Shown piece after piece: positions 34,446 to 43,707 of a stretch of DNA of 46,767 nt. Source of the DNA: an uncultured Gammaproteobacteria bacterium. GTDB taxonomy: Bacteria > Patescibacteriota > Patescibacteriia > Patescibacteriales > UBA12465. Every line of letters starts with the position of its first letter. The first letter of the stretch is position 1. The position numbers and the translations under genes were made by a program. The DNA lies in the NCBI GenBank assembly GCA_964470695.1, contig CAYYDR010000002.1, positions 266,401 to 313,167 on the forward strand, in the 5' to 3' direction. The notes under the pieces were generated by a model, which was not told the DNA's origin, ran no database searches, and saw nothing but the letters and a program-made list of their open reading frames with translations.

Positions 34446-34951
34446 AATTAAATTTAGGTTGCGGTACTAAAAGAATAGACGGTTTTACCGGAGTGGATAT
34501 CATTAAAACTCCGGCCGTTGATGTTGTCCATGACCTGAATACTTTTCCTTACCCATTCGCAGATAGTTCGGCCGAAGAAATAATCATGGATAATGTTTTA
34601 GAGCATCTTGATGATGTGATAAAAGTTGTAGAGGAGCTAAATCGTATCGCCGCGCCGGGAGCAATTATAAAAATATTCGTTCCTTATTTTAAAAGTAATA
34701 GCGCTTTTACTGATCCGACCCATAAGCATTTTTTTACTGAGACCAGTTTTAAATATTTTACAAAAGATAACCCCCTTAATTTTTATTCCGCCGTCCGTTT
34801 GGAAATTTTAAAGACAGAGTTGATTTGCCATACCCAGTATAAAGACGCTAAACATCGGCTGAGAAATTTACTGCCGTTTAAGAAGATTTTAAATTATTTT
34901 TTATTTAATATTTACGACGAAATATATTTTGAATTACGCCCTATAAAATAA
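34442..34951 (+). CDS. small class I SAM-dependent methyltransferase
   Basis: MKLNLGCGTKRIDGFTGVDI (motif I-like) and IIMDNVLEHL. Its start has an ATGA overlap with the HIT gene stop. Confidence 0.6.
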   Translation: MKLNLGCGTKRIDGFTGVDIIKTPAVDVVHDLNTFPYPFADSSAEEIIMDNVLEHLDDVIKVVEELNRIAAPGAIIKIFVPYFKSNSAFTDPTHKHFFTETSFKYFTKDNPLNFYSAVRLEILKTELICHTQYKDAKHRLRNLLPFKKILNYFLFNIYDEIYFELRPIK

Positions 34952-34957
34952 AATCAT

Positions 34958-37900
34958 ATGACCGGTGAACAAAAAATAAACAATCAATCAACTCCAGTCG
35001 CAACCAGTTCTTTCCCTGGGATGGAAGAGGCGGTTCTGAAATTTTGGCAGGACGCCGATACTTTTAATAAATCGCTGAGCAAAGAGTCGCCGCGCGGTGA
35101 TTATGTTTTTTATGACGGGCCGCCCTTTGCGACCGGTACGCCGCACTACGGCCATATCGTGGCCAGTTTAATGAAAGACATTATTCCCCGCTATCAGACC
35201 ATGCGCGGTTATCATGTGGACCGTAAATGGGGCTGGGATTGCCATGGTTTGCCGATTGAAAATATTGTTGAAAAAGAACTGGGGACTAAGACTAAAAAAG
35301 ATATTGAAGACTTGGGTATTGGGAAATTTAATGATTTATGCCGATCTAAAGTTTTAACTTATGTGGACGAATGGAAAAAAGTAATCGGCCGCTTAGGCCG
35401 CTGGGCTGACATGGATAATTCTTATCGGACCATGGATTTATCTTTCATGGATTCTATTTGGTGGGCCTTTAAACAGCTTTGGGATAAAGGTTTAGTATAT
35501 AAAGATTATCGCTCCATGCATATCTGCCCGCGCTGCGAGACAACTTTATCGCAGTCGGAAGTGAGCGAAGGCTATCGTGATATTAAAGATTTATCGGTAG
35601 TGGCGAAGTTTGAATTAGTTGATGAACCGGGAACTTTCATTTTGGCTTGGACAACTACGCCGTGGACATTGATTGGAAATGTGGCTTTGGCAGTGGGGAA
35701 GGATATTGAGTATGTGAAGGTAAATAATTTGGAAATGGATAAGCCGATAGAAGCCAATTTGCATGATGGGAAAAAAGATGTCATGGATAAAATATCCACA
35801 GTTAAAACAGTAAATTATATAATTGCCAAAGATCGTTTGGCCGATATTTTTAAAAATCAGGATTATAAAATTATAGATTCATATAAAGGTTCCGACCTTG
35901 TCGGCAAATCCTATAAACCCCTCTTTGACTACTATGCTAACGATAAATCTCTGGCTAATCATGACAATGGTTGGAAAGTTTATGCCGCGGATTTTGTAAC
36001 TACAACTGACGGTACAGGCGTGGTTCATATCGCACCGGCTTTTGGTGAAGATGATATGAATTTGGGCAAGGCTAATAACTTGCCATTCGTACAGCATGTC
36101 GGCATGGACGGAGTTTTTAAATCAGAAGTAAAAGACCTCTTAGGTCTGCATGTAAAACCGATCAATGATCATACCTCAACCGATGTAGAAATCATTAAAT
36201 ATTTAGCGGCTCACGGTACTTTATTTACTAAAGAAAAATATGAGCATAGCTATCCGCATTGCTGGCGTTGCGATACACCGTTAATTAACTACGCGACCTC
36301 TTCCTGGTTTGTCGGTGTTACTAAAATGAAAGACCAGCTGCTTGATAACGCTAAAAAGATAAATTGGTCGCCTGATTATATTAAAGACGGCCGTTTCGGC
36401 AATTGGCTTGAGAATGCCCGCGATTGGTCAATTTCCCGCCAGCGTTTTTGGGCGAGCGCTATTCCAATTTGGGAATGTGCTTGCGGCGAAAGACAGGTAA
36501 TCGGTAGCGTAGCAGAACTGGAAAAATTAACTGGACAAACAATTACTGATATCCATAAAGATAAAGTGGATAGCCTGACTTTTAAATGTTCTAAATGTGG
36601 CGGAGAGATGAAGCGCATCCCCGATGTTTTAGACTGTTGGTTTGAGTCCGGTTCCATGCCTTTTGCCCAGCTCCATTATCCAGCGGAAAATAAAAAGAAA
36701 TTTGATGATAATTTTCCGGCCCAGTTTATTGCTGAAGGGGTTGATCAGACTAGGGCTTGGTTTTATTATCTCCATGTCATCGCCGGCGGCGTTTTTGAGA
36801 GACCATCTTATCAGAATGTTATTGTTAACGGCATTGTGCTAGCCGAAGACGGCAAGAAAATGTCAAAACGCCTAAATAATTATCCCGATCCGATGCTAGT
36901 GATGGAAAAATATGGTTCTGATGCTCTGCGCGCTTATCTCGCCGCTTCACCGGTCATGGCGGCGGAGAATCTTAATTTCTCCGAGAAAGGAGTTCAAGAA
37001 TCGCTGCGTAAAAACATCATGGTGCTTTGGAATGTTTATAAATTTTATGAGATGTTTGCGGCTGACTTAAAAACCGAGGCTAACGAGATAAATAAAAAAT
37101 CAGTTAATGTTCTAGACCAATGGATCTTAGCTAAATTAAATAATTTAATTAAAGAAATCGCCGAATCTCTAGAAGCTTATAATCTGCCTAAGGCGGTTCG
37201 GCCGATTACTGAGTTTGTTGATGAGTTATCAACTTGGTATCTGCGCCGCTCTCGCGATCGCTTTAAATCCGATGATGAAGCTGATAAACAACAGGCGCTC
37301 TTAACTACTAAATATGTTTTGACAGAGCTGGCCAAATTAATGGCTCCTTTCATGCCTTTCATAGCGGAAACTCTATGGCAGAAAGTGAGCGGTAATGATT
37401 TTAAAAACGAAAATAAATCCGTCCATCTGGAGAATTGGCCGGATGCTAAGGCTAATCATCAATCTTTCTTCAGTCATTTATTTCATCCTCATAGTGCCGA
37501 AGCTAATTTAGTGGTCTTAGATAAAATGGCTTTAGCACGGCGTATTGTTGAGCTCGGTTTGGCTCGGCGCGACGAAGCAGGGATTAAGATTAGGCAGATG
37601 CTCGGCTCTCTGGCGGTTAAATCTAAATTATCTTTGGACCCCGAGTTTATTGCCTTAGTCGTTGATGAATTAAATATACAGACGCTTAAATTTATTTCTG
37701 CTGAAGATGATAATATTTCCGTTGAGCTTGATACTAATATTACGCCTGAATTAAAACAGGAGGGCTTAAAGAGAGAATTAATTCGTCTAGTCAATGGTTT
37801 GCGCAAAGATGCTGACCTGACTTTAACTGATACGGTGATTATTTCTGTCTACGGCGCGAGTGACGAAATTAAGCAGGTAATTGCCGAAAAAGGCGAGTCG

Positions 37901-38020
37901 CTTAAGAAAGAAACCTTGAGTCAGGATATTCGTTTATTAAACGAACCGCTGGCAGCCGCCATTAGTAAAGAAGTAAAAATTGACGATCTTAAATTAACGC
38001 TTTGTTTAGAAAAATTATAA
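34958..38020 (+). CDS. ileS: isoleucyl-tRNA synthetase
   Basis: PPFATGTPHYGHIV (HIGH), GWDCHGLPIE, the CP1 editing region and KMSKRLNNYP (KMSKS). 1020 aa. Confidence 0.95.
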   Translation: MTGEQKINNQSTPVATSSFPGMEEAVLKFWQDADTFNKSLSKESPRGDYVFYDGPPFATGTPHYGHIVASLMKDIIPRYQTMRGYHVDRKWGWDCHGLPIENIVEKELGTKTKKDIEDLGIGKFNDLCRSKVLTYVDEWKKVIGRLGRWADMDNSYRTMDLSFMDSIWWAFKQLWDKGLVYKDYRSMHICPRCETTLSQSEVSEGYRDIKDLSVVAKFELVDEPGTFILAWTTTPWTLIGNVALAVGKDIEYVKVNNLEMDKPIEANLHDGKKDVMDKISTVKTVNYIIAKDRLADIFKNQDYKIIDSYKGSDLVGKSYKPLFDYYANDKSLANHDNGWKVYAADFVTTTDGTGVVHIAPAFGEDDMNLGKANNLPFVQHVGMDGVFKSEVKDLLGLHVKPINDHTSTDVEIIKYLAAHGTLFTKEKYEHSYPHCWRCDTPLINYATSSWFVGVTKMKDQLLDNAKKINWSPDYIKDGRFGNWLENARDWSISRQRFWASAIPIWECACGERQVIGSVAELEKLTGQTITDIHKDKVDSLTFKCSKCGGEMKRIPDVLDCWFESGSMPFAQLHYPAENKKKFDDNFPAQFIAEGVDQTRAWFYYLHVIAGGVFERPSYQNVIVNGIVLAEDGKKMSKRLNNYPDPMLVMEKYGSDALRAYLAASPVMAAENLNFSEKGVQESLRKNIMVLWNVYKFYEMFAADLKTEANEINKKSVNVLDQWILAKLNNLIKEIAESLEAYNLPKAVRPITEFVDELSTWYLRRSRDRFKSDDEADKQQALLTTKYVLTELAKLMAPFMPFIAETLWQKVSGNDFKNENKSVHLENWPDAKANHQSFFSHLFHPHSAEANLVVLDKMALARRIVELGLARRDEAGIKIRQMLGSLAVKSKLSLDPEFIALVVDELNIQTLKFISAEDDNISVELDTNITPELKQEGLKRELIRLVNGLRKDADLTLTDTVIISVYGASDEIKQVIAEKGESLKKETLSQDIRLLNEPLAAAISKEVKIDDLKLTLCLEKL

Positions 38021-38043
38021 TTTAATTATTTAATCTTAAATTT

Positions 38044-38805
38044 ATGGAATTATTTACACCTCTAGTCATAATAATTATTTTTATTATTTTGATTAGCTTA
38101 AAACAAATTAACCAGTATGAACGTGGTGTTAAATTTACCATGGGTCGTTATCACGGAATTATGCAGCCAGGCTGGCGCATTGTTTGGCCGATTTTTCAGA
38201 CTTTTAAAAAAGTTGATATTCGCGTTAAGGCAGTTGATGTTCCTGATCAGAAGGCAATTACCAAGGATAATGTTTCCGTAACTGTTAACGCCGTTATTTA
38301 TTATAAAGTCGCTTTTGCCGAGAAGGCCGTCATTGAAGTAGAAAATTTCTATTACGCAATTTCCCAATACGCTCAGACCACTATGCGTAATATTGTTGGT
38401 TCAGTTACCCTAGATGAACTACTTAGCAAGCGCGATGAAATTGCCGATCGGATTAAAGAAATAGTTGATAAAGAAACCGACGAGTGGGGCATTAAAGTTA
38501 ATAATGTAGAGTTAAAGGACGTCTCACTGCCCGAATCAATGGAGAGAACAATTGCTAAACAGGCGGAAGCCGAGAGAGAAAAGCGGGCGGTCATTATTAA
38601 TTCTGAAGGAGAATTAGCGGCGGCAGAAAATATTTCTAAAGCGGCTTCTATTTTATCCCAGTCTGACGGAGCCTTGCATTTAAGAACCCTACAATCTATT
38701 AATGATATTTCTAGCGACCAATCTAATACTGTTGTTTTCGTTACTCCGGTTGAAATATTGAAAGCTTTTACCAGCTTCGTTAATAAGGGTGATAAGAAAG
38801 AATAA
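38044..38805 (+). CDS. SPFH/band 7 (stomatin/slipin-like) membrane protein
   Basis: N-terminal TM helix, QYERGVKFTMGRY, ITKDNV.V.VNAV.YY and AEAEREKRA.I..SEGE. Confidence 0.85.
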   Translation: MELFTPLVIIIIFIILISLKQINQYERGVKFTMGRYHGIMQPGWRIVWPIFQTFKKVDIRVKAVDVPDQKAITKDNVSVTVNAVIYYKVAFAEKAVIEVENFYYAISQYAQTTMRNIVGSVTLDELLSKRDEIADRIKEIVDKETDEWGIKVNNVELKDVSLPESMERTIAKQAEAEREKRAVIINSEGELAAAENISKAASILSQSDGALHLRTLQSINDISSDQSNTVVFVTPVEILKAFTSFVNKGDKKE

Positions 38806-38833
38806 ATTTAATTATTCGTTAATTTTTACGCAC

Positions 38834-39784
38834 ATGACTACTAAACAGATATATGACCTGGCTATTTCGCTGGGTATCGCTAATGATTTGCGTGGCGCTG
38901 ACCGCGTGAGTAAATATTTAGCCAGAATCAAAAAAAATTATGAAGCTTTGCCGGAAAAGGCTAAAGCAGAATTTGATTTAGATAGGCTAGTCAATCCTTA
39001 TTCTGATTCTAAGGTTTTAGCTGATAATGGCCAGCCCGTTAAGAAGGTTTTAGTCGGCATTGATATGGAGGGCTCGGAGCATTTACTGGCTAAGCAGCTA
39101 GGAGCCGATTTAGTAATTGCTCATCATCCCGAAGGTTCAGCTTTAGCTGACTTATCGGATGTTATGCATTTACAGGCGCAAGTCTTGGCTGATTATGGCG
39201 TGCCAATTAATATTGCTGAATCAGTTATTAAATCGCGTATTAGTGAGGTTAATCGCGGCATTTCACCAATCAACCATGAGCGCTCCGTAGATATGGCTAA
39301 GGCCTTGAATTTGAATTTTATGTGCGTTCATACTCCGGCCGATAATTTAGCTGCCAGTTTTATGGTTAAATTATTAAAAGACAGGGAAGCGGAAACGGAA
39401 ACCGTCGGTGAAGTAATTGATTTATTAAAATCAATTCCGGAATATGCCGAGGCAGTTAAGCGAAAGGCTGGCCCAATGATTTTCGCGGGCGCGCCGGAAA
39501 ATAGCTGCGGTAAGATTGTCGTGACTGAATTTACCGGCGGAACATCTGGCTCTAAAGATATGTATGAAAAAATGTCGCAGTATGGTATTGGCACTATTAT
39601 CGGCATGCATATGAATGAGGAACATCGCAAGGAAGCGGAAAAGTATCATATTAATGTTATTATTGCCGGCCATATGGCCTCCGATTCTCTGGGAATGAAT
39701 TTATTTTTAGATGAAATTGAAAAACAGGGAATAGAAGTTGTTCCGGTTTCTGGTCTGATAAGAGTGAAACGGTCGGCGTCATAA
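38834..39784 (+). CDS. NIF3-like (dinuclear metal centre) family protein
   Basis: DLVIAHHPEG, FMCVHTPADN and IIAGHMASDSLGMN resemble NIF3/GTP cyclohydrolase I type 2 metal-ligand blocks. ATG 38834 is preferred over the track start 38789. Confidence 0.5.
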   Translation: MTTKQIYDLAISLGIANDLRGADRVSKYLARIKKNYEALPEKAKAEFDLDRLVNPYSDSKVLADNGQPVKKVLVGIDMEGSEHLLAKQLGADLVIAHHPEGSALADLSDVMHLQAQVLADYGVPINIAESVIKSRISEVNRGISPINHERSVDMAKALNLNFMCVHTPADNLAASFMVKLLKDREAETETVGEVIDLLKSIPEYAEAVKRKAGPMIFAGAPENSCGKIVVTEFTGGTSGSKDMYEKMSQYGIGTIIGMHMNEEHRKEAEKYHINVIIAGHMASDSLGMNLFLDEIEKQGIEVVPVSGLIRVKRSAS

Positions 39785-39816
39785 ATAGGCGTGGGATAAA
39801 TTTCTGACAAAAAATA

Positions 39817-39849
39817 AAAAAGAGCTTTTATGAGAGAAAAGCTCTTTTT
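39817..39849. terminator. bidirectional intrinsic terminator
   Basis: AAAAAGAGCTTTT-atgagag-AAAAGCTCTTTTT, a 13-bp stem. It serves the NIF3-like gene (+) and the orphan gene (-), whose stop it overlaps. Confidence 0.75.
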
Positions 39850-40330
39850 AAATCAAAGTGCTCCAGTTTTTGCCGATAACACTATTCTTTAAGTTTATTC
39901 GGCTGGTATAGCAGTAAAGCTGGACCTGCAAAGGAAGACCGTCTTGGTCGATGGCGAAGAATGTAGTAGGTTCCGGTCCGAGCAGAGCGCCAACTCCATG
40001 GCTTAGAAGCAGCGAACAGATTTCCTTTTTAGCCCCCAAGGAATAGCCTAGGTGGTAATCTTCAGCTAACCGCCCCTTATCGTCATAGACATGCAATAGG
40101 GCTACTTTTTGCCAACCAAAATTACGTTCATAGAAATTAGGCCAGAAATCATCCGCTTTCTTCGCTTTTGGGTCGCCACCCACAGTCAGACAGTATTCAT
40201 GATTAGGTAATACCCCTTCGTATGGCAACCAATGCCACCAATGGGATTTTTTAAGAGAGAATGGTTCCCATACAAGCTTGAGCGTCGGCCAGAAAACTAA
40301 GTCTAGCCAGTGCCTCGGTTTTGTTTTCAT
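39848..40330 (-). CDS. hypothetical Trp-rich protein (monocistronic orphan)
   Basis: 160 aa, 12 Trp, no recognised motif. It has its own TTGACA-N17-TATAAT promoter and shares a bidirectional terminator. Confidence 0.55.
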   Translation of the reverse strand: MKTKPRHWLDLVFWPTLKLVWEPFSLKKSHWWHWLPYEGVLPNHEYCLTVGGDPKAKKADDFWPNFYERNFGWQKVALLHVYDDKGRLAEDYHLGYSLGAKKEICSLLLSHGVGALLGPEPTTFFAIDQDGLPLQVQLYCYTSRINLKNSVIGKNWSTLI

Positions 40331-40376
40331 TATTCACCCGTTCTTGTTTAAAAAGATCAATTAATTTTAATTATTA

Positions 40377-40405
40377 ATTATACAATTTTTAATTATTTAT
40401 GTCAA
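40377..40405 (-). promoter_or_regulatory. canonical promoter TTGACA-N17-TATAAT for orphan gene 39848..40330
   Basis: Reverse complement of 40400..40405 is TTGACA and of 40377..40382 is TATAAT, with a 17-nt spacer. Confidence 0.55.
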
Positions 40406-40436
40406 TATTTATTTTATGCCATAAATGTACTATAAT
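40401..40436 (+). promoter_or_regulatory. candidate U32-gene promoter: GTCAATATTTATTT motif + TATAAT 30 nt downstream
   Basis: 14-mer identical to 28255..28268. TATAAT at 40431..40436. Confidence 0.4.
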
Positions 40437-40460
40437 TAATTCATAAAATAAGCTAATATT

Positions 40461-41732
40461 ATGATAAAATTAGAGCTCCTCGCTCCAGCCGGTAACTTAC
40501 TGAAGATGAAAACCGCTTTTGCCTATGGCGCTGATGCGGTTTATTTAGGCATACCAGATTTCTCTTTGCGGGTGAGAATTAATGATTTTGACTTGCCAAG
40601 TATTAAGGGGGCAATCAAATACGCGCATAGTAGTGGTAAAAAAGTTTATGTAACAGTAAATATTTTTGCCCATAATAAACATTTAGCTAAATTACCGCCT
40701 TATCTAAAGCAACTAAAAGCCATGAAGGTTGATGCTCTGATTGTTTCTGATCCGGGTATTATTGCTTTGATTAAAAAAGTTTGGCCAAAAGCCGAAATCC
40801 ATTTATCAACTCAGGCTAATTGTACTAATTCCGAAGCTGTAAAATTTTGGGCCAAGCAAGGAGTCAAAAGAATAATTTTAGGGCGGGAAGTTACTCTTAA
40901 AGAAATTAAGGAAATCCGTCGTGCTGCTCCGAAAATAGATTTAGAATATTTTATCCATGGCGCGATGTGTATGGCTTATTCTGGCCGCTGCTTCTTGTCA
41001 AAATTATTAGTTGATCGTAGCGCTAATCTGGGTGACTGTGCTCAGCCTTGTCGTTGGGAGTACGATGTTAGTGAACATCATTTAAAAACCGGCGGCCATC
41101 CTGAAGAATTAGAATTAGTTGAGGAAAGACATGGCACTTATTTATTAAATTCTAAAGATCTTTGTTTAATAAAACATTTAAAAGAACTTAAAGACGCCGG
41201 AGTAGTTAGTTTTAAAATTGAAGGTCGGGCTAAGAGTGTTTATTATCAGGCGACAGTAGTCGGTATTTATAGACGGGCTTTAGATTTACTCAATAGAAAG
41301 ATAACGGCCGCTAAACTAAAAATTGAGTTAGCTTATTTAGCTTCAGAACTGGAAACAAAATTAGTTCATCGCGGTTATACGACCGGATTTTTATTAAACG
41401 ATAAGGCGGATCAGAATATTATTAATTCCCATAATAAGAGCGACTGGGAGTTTTGCGGCCAGGTTATTAAAACAGAAACGGCTAAAAATGGCGCTACTAA
41501 AGTTTATTTTCAGGTTCATAATACGGTGCGAATTAATGAAGAAGTAGAGCTAATTCGGCCTAATTATGATATAATTAAGCTGAGGCCAGCCGTCCTTCTT
41601 GACGCTAAAACGGGTCAGGAAATGTCCGAAGCCCATGGCGGCGGCGGTGGCCAAATCGCGATTTTAGAATTACCGAAGTCAGTTGGATTAATACCAGAAT
41701 TAACCGTTATAAGAAGGAGGATTAATAATTAA
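40461..41732 (+). CDS. peptidase U32 family protein
   Basis: ELLAPAGNL..AFAYGADAVYLG, EIHLSTQAN and FIHGAMCMAYSGRCFLS are hallmark U32 blocks. Confidence 0.85.
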   Translation: MIKLELLAPAGNLLKMKTAFAYGADAVYLGIPDFSLRVRINDFDLPSIKGAIKYAHSSGKKVYVTVNIFAHNKHLAKLPPYLKQLKAMKVDALIVSDPGIIALIKKVWPKAEIHLSTQANCTNSEAVKFWAKQGVKRIILGREVTLKEIKEIRRAAPKIDLEYFIHGAMCMAYSGRCFLSKLLVDRSANLGDCAQPCRWEYDVSEHHLKTGGHPEELELVEERHGTYLLNSKDLCLIKHLKELKDAGVVSFKIEGRAKSVYYQATVVGIYRRALDLLNRKITAAKLKIELAYLASELETKLVHRGYTTGFLLNDKADQNIINSHNKSDWEFCGQVIKTETAKNGATKVYFQVHNTVRINEEVELIRPNYDIIKLRPAVLLDAKTGQEMSEAHGGGGGQIAILELPKSVGLIPELTVIRRRINN

Positions 41733-41745
41733 AATATAGAAAGAA

Positions 41746-41846
41746 TCAATAATAATATTTATGAGCGCATATGATTTCGTAGCGCAAAAATTAATGTGAA
41801 TTAATTTTTGCCCCAGAAATCATCTAAGCGAAGAAATATTTATTAT
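41746..41846. repeat. ~100-bp imperfect palindrome filling the U32-ruvA spacer
   Basis: Core is a perfect 12-bp stem GCAAAAATTAAT-gtga-ATTAATTTTTGC (41784..41811). Outer arms are ATGATTTC/GAAATCAT (41771/41816) and CAATAATAA.TATTT/AAATATTTATTATTG (41746/41832). Confidence 0.6.
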
Positions 41847-41860
41847 TGATTCTAGGTAAT

Positions 41861-42445
41861 ATGATTTCATTTTTAAGAGGCCGGATAATTAATAAGGGTT
41901 TAAATTACGCGATTATTGAAACCGCTAATATTGGTTATCAGGTTTTTGCGGGCGAAACTTTTTTAAATGATTTACATATTGGTAGTGAAGTAGAAGTTTA
42001 TATTCATCACCACATCCGTGAGGAAGCCAGCGATCTATATGGCTTTAAAAGCTTGGAAGATTTAGAACTATTTGAATTATTATTAACAGTTTCTGGTGTT
42101 GGTCCGAAGTCGGCTCTCGGCGTTATATCTATGGCTTCAGCAGAAGATATAAAAGAAGCGATTATCCGCGGCGACGCTAATCTCCTGACCAAGGTTTCCG
42201 GCATTGGCAAAAAAACAGCTGAGCGTTTAGTTTTAGAATTAAAAAATAAAGTTATTCGCGTGGGCGGCTCATCTGTTTCCTCATTAAACTCTCTGTCATC
42301 GGGCTCTAGCGATGAAATAGACGCGCTTATGTCTCTGGGTTATTCCTTGAGTGAGGCGCGGGCGGCTTTGAATTTGGTAGCGCCGGAATTAAAAGATAGC
42401 GGCGAGCGGGTGAAAGAAGCGCTTAAAAAAATGCATAAGGGTTAA
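41861..42445 (+). CDS. ruvA: Holliday junction branch migration complex subunit RuvA
   Basis: MISFLRGRI..., GYQVF, ELFELLLTVSGVGPKSALGV and VSGIGKKTAERLVLELK (two HhH motifs). ATG 41861 is preferred. Confidence 0.9.
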   Translation: MISFLRGRIINKGLNYAIIETANIGYQVFAGETFLNDLHIGSEVEVYIHHHIREEASDLYGFKSLEDLELFELLLTVSGVGPKSALGVISMASAEDIKEAIIRGDANLLTKVSGIGKKTAERLVLELKNKVIRVGGSSVSSLNSLSSGSSDEIDALMSLGYSLSEARAALNLVAPELKDSGERVKEALKKMHKG

Positions 42446-42455
42446 TTAATAATTC

Positions 42456-43664
42456 ATGACTATAACTGAATTAAAATTTTTACAATCATTAGAGGGGCAG
42501 AATTTACTCCAAAAATATTCCGGCTATACTGATGATGAATTATTTAAGCTTCTCTTTAAATCGGCTAAACAGGCCGATATTAATTTTTTATCGGCCGCCG
42601 TGACTCTTATCAGACTGAGACGAGAGGCCGCCGGTAAGTTTTCTCGTAGCGACAAAATGTTTTTTACGACCTTGGGGCTGGAACAGTCCACGGGCGAAAG
42701 AATTGCTGATCATATTGCGGCTCGATTTGAACCGGATTGGCGAGTAGCTGATTTAACTTGCAGCCTCGGCGGTAATCTATTATCTTTAGCTAAGCGTTGT
42801 CGGTCGCTTATCGGTGTTGATTTAAATGAGCAAAATATCATTTGTGCCCAAGAGAATGCGGCTACCTATGGCGTTAAAGATAAAATAGAATTTATAGTTG
42901 GCGATGCTAAGGAAAATATTAAAGATGATATTGACGCTTTTTTTCTAGATCCGGCTCGTGACCGGGAAGGAAAAACCAAGACTCGTTCTATTTTGAACTC
43001 TGAACCATCCTTAACTGAGTTGTTGCCTAAGATTTTTAGAGTAACCAAGAATGTTGGCATCAAAATTTCCCCCGCGTTTGATTATCAGGAATTAGAGTTG
43101 TTGCCGGAAAGGCCAGAGGTGGAAATTATCTCGGAAAATAATAATTGCAAAGTGGCCATGCTCTGGTTCGGCGCTTTGAAAAAACACGCCCGAAGCGCTA
43201 GTTGTTTTGTTAATGATAATTATTATTTTTATCATGATAATCCGGCTAAGCCTTCAATTGTCGTAACGGATATCTTAGGCGCTTATCTTTATGAGCCTAA
43301 TAAGGCGATTAGCCGGGCCAGGCTTACGGATGAAATTGCCTGGGAATATGGCTTGCAAAAAGTGGGCGGCGCTCTATCTTTTTTAACCGGGGATAAGCTA
43401 GTAGCTAGCGATAAGCCGGGGCTGCTTAGAACTTTAGAAATAATTGCTCAGGGAGAATTTTCTGCTAAGACCTTCGCCAAGTTTCTTAAAGAAAATAAAG
43501 TCAGCCGCGCCGATGTAGTTGCTAAAGATTTTGTCATGAAGCCAGAGGAAATACTTAAAAGATTCAAACTTAAAGAAGGCGGCGGTCTGACCCTTATTTT
43601 TATAACGACTAGCCAGGGAAAACGCCGCTATATTTTGGCCAAAAATCAGCTTTACAAGCCTTGA
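42456..43664 (+). CDS. class I SAM-dependent methyltransferase (THUMP-like/RNA methyltransferase-like)
   Basis: VADLTCSLGGNLLSLA (motif I) and AFFLDPAR (motif IV-like), with a long C-terminal domain. Confidence 0.55.
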   Translation: MTITELKFLQSLEGQNLLQKYSGYTDDELFKLLFKSAKQADINFLSAAVTLIRLRREAAGKFSRSDKMFFTTLGLEQSTGERIADHIAARFEPDWRVADLTCSLGGNLLSLAKRCRSLIGVDLNEQNIICAQENAATYGVKDKIEFIVGDAKENIKDDIDAFFLDPARDREGKTKTRSILNSEPSLTELLPKIFRVTKNVGIKISPAFDYQELELLPERPEVEIISENNNCKVAMLWFGALKKHARSASCFVNDNYYFYHDNPAKPSIVVTDILGAYLYEPNKAISRARLTDEIAWEYGLQKVGGALSFLTGDKLVASDKPGLLRTLEIIAQGEFSAKTFAKFLKENKVSRADVVAKDFVMKPEEILKRFKLKEGGGLTLIFITTSQGKRRYILAKNQLYKP

Positions 43665-43707
43665 TTTTTTGGTTAGTATAAAGGTAAATAATTAACCCTA
43701 CTATTTT

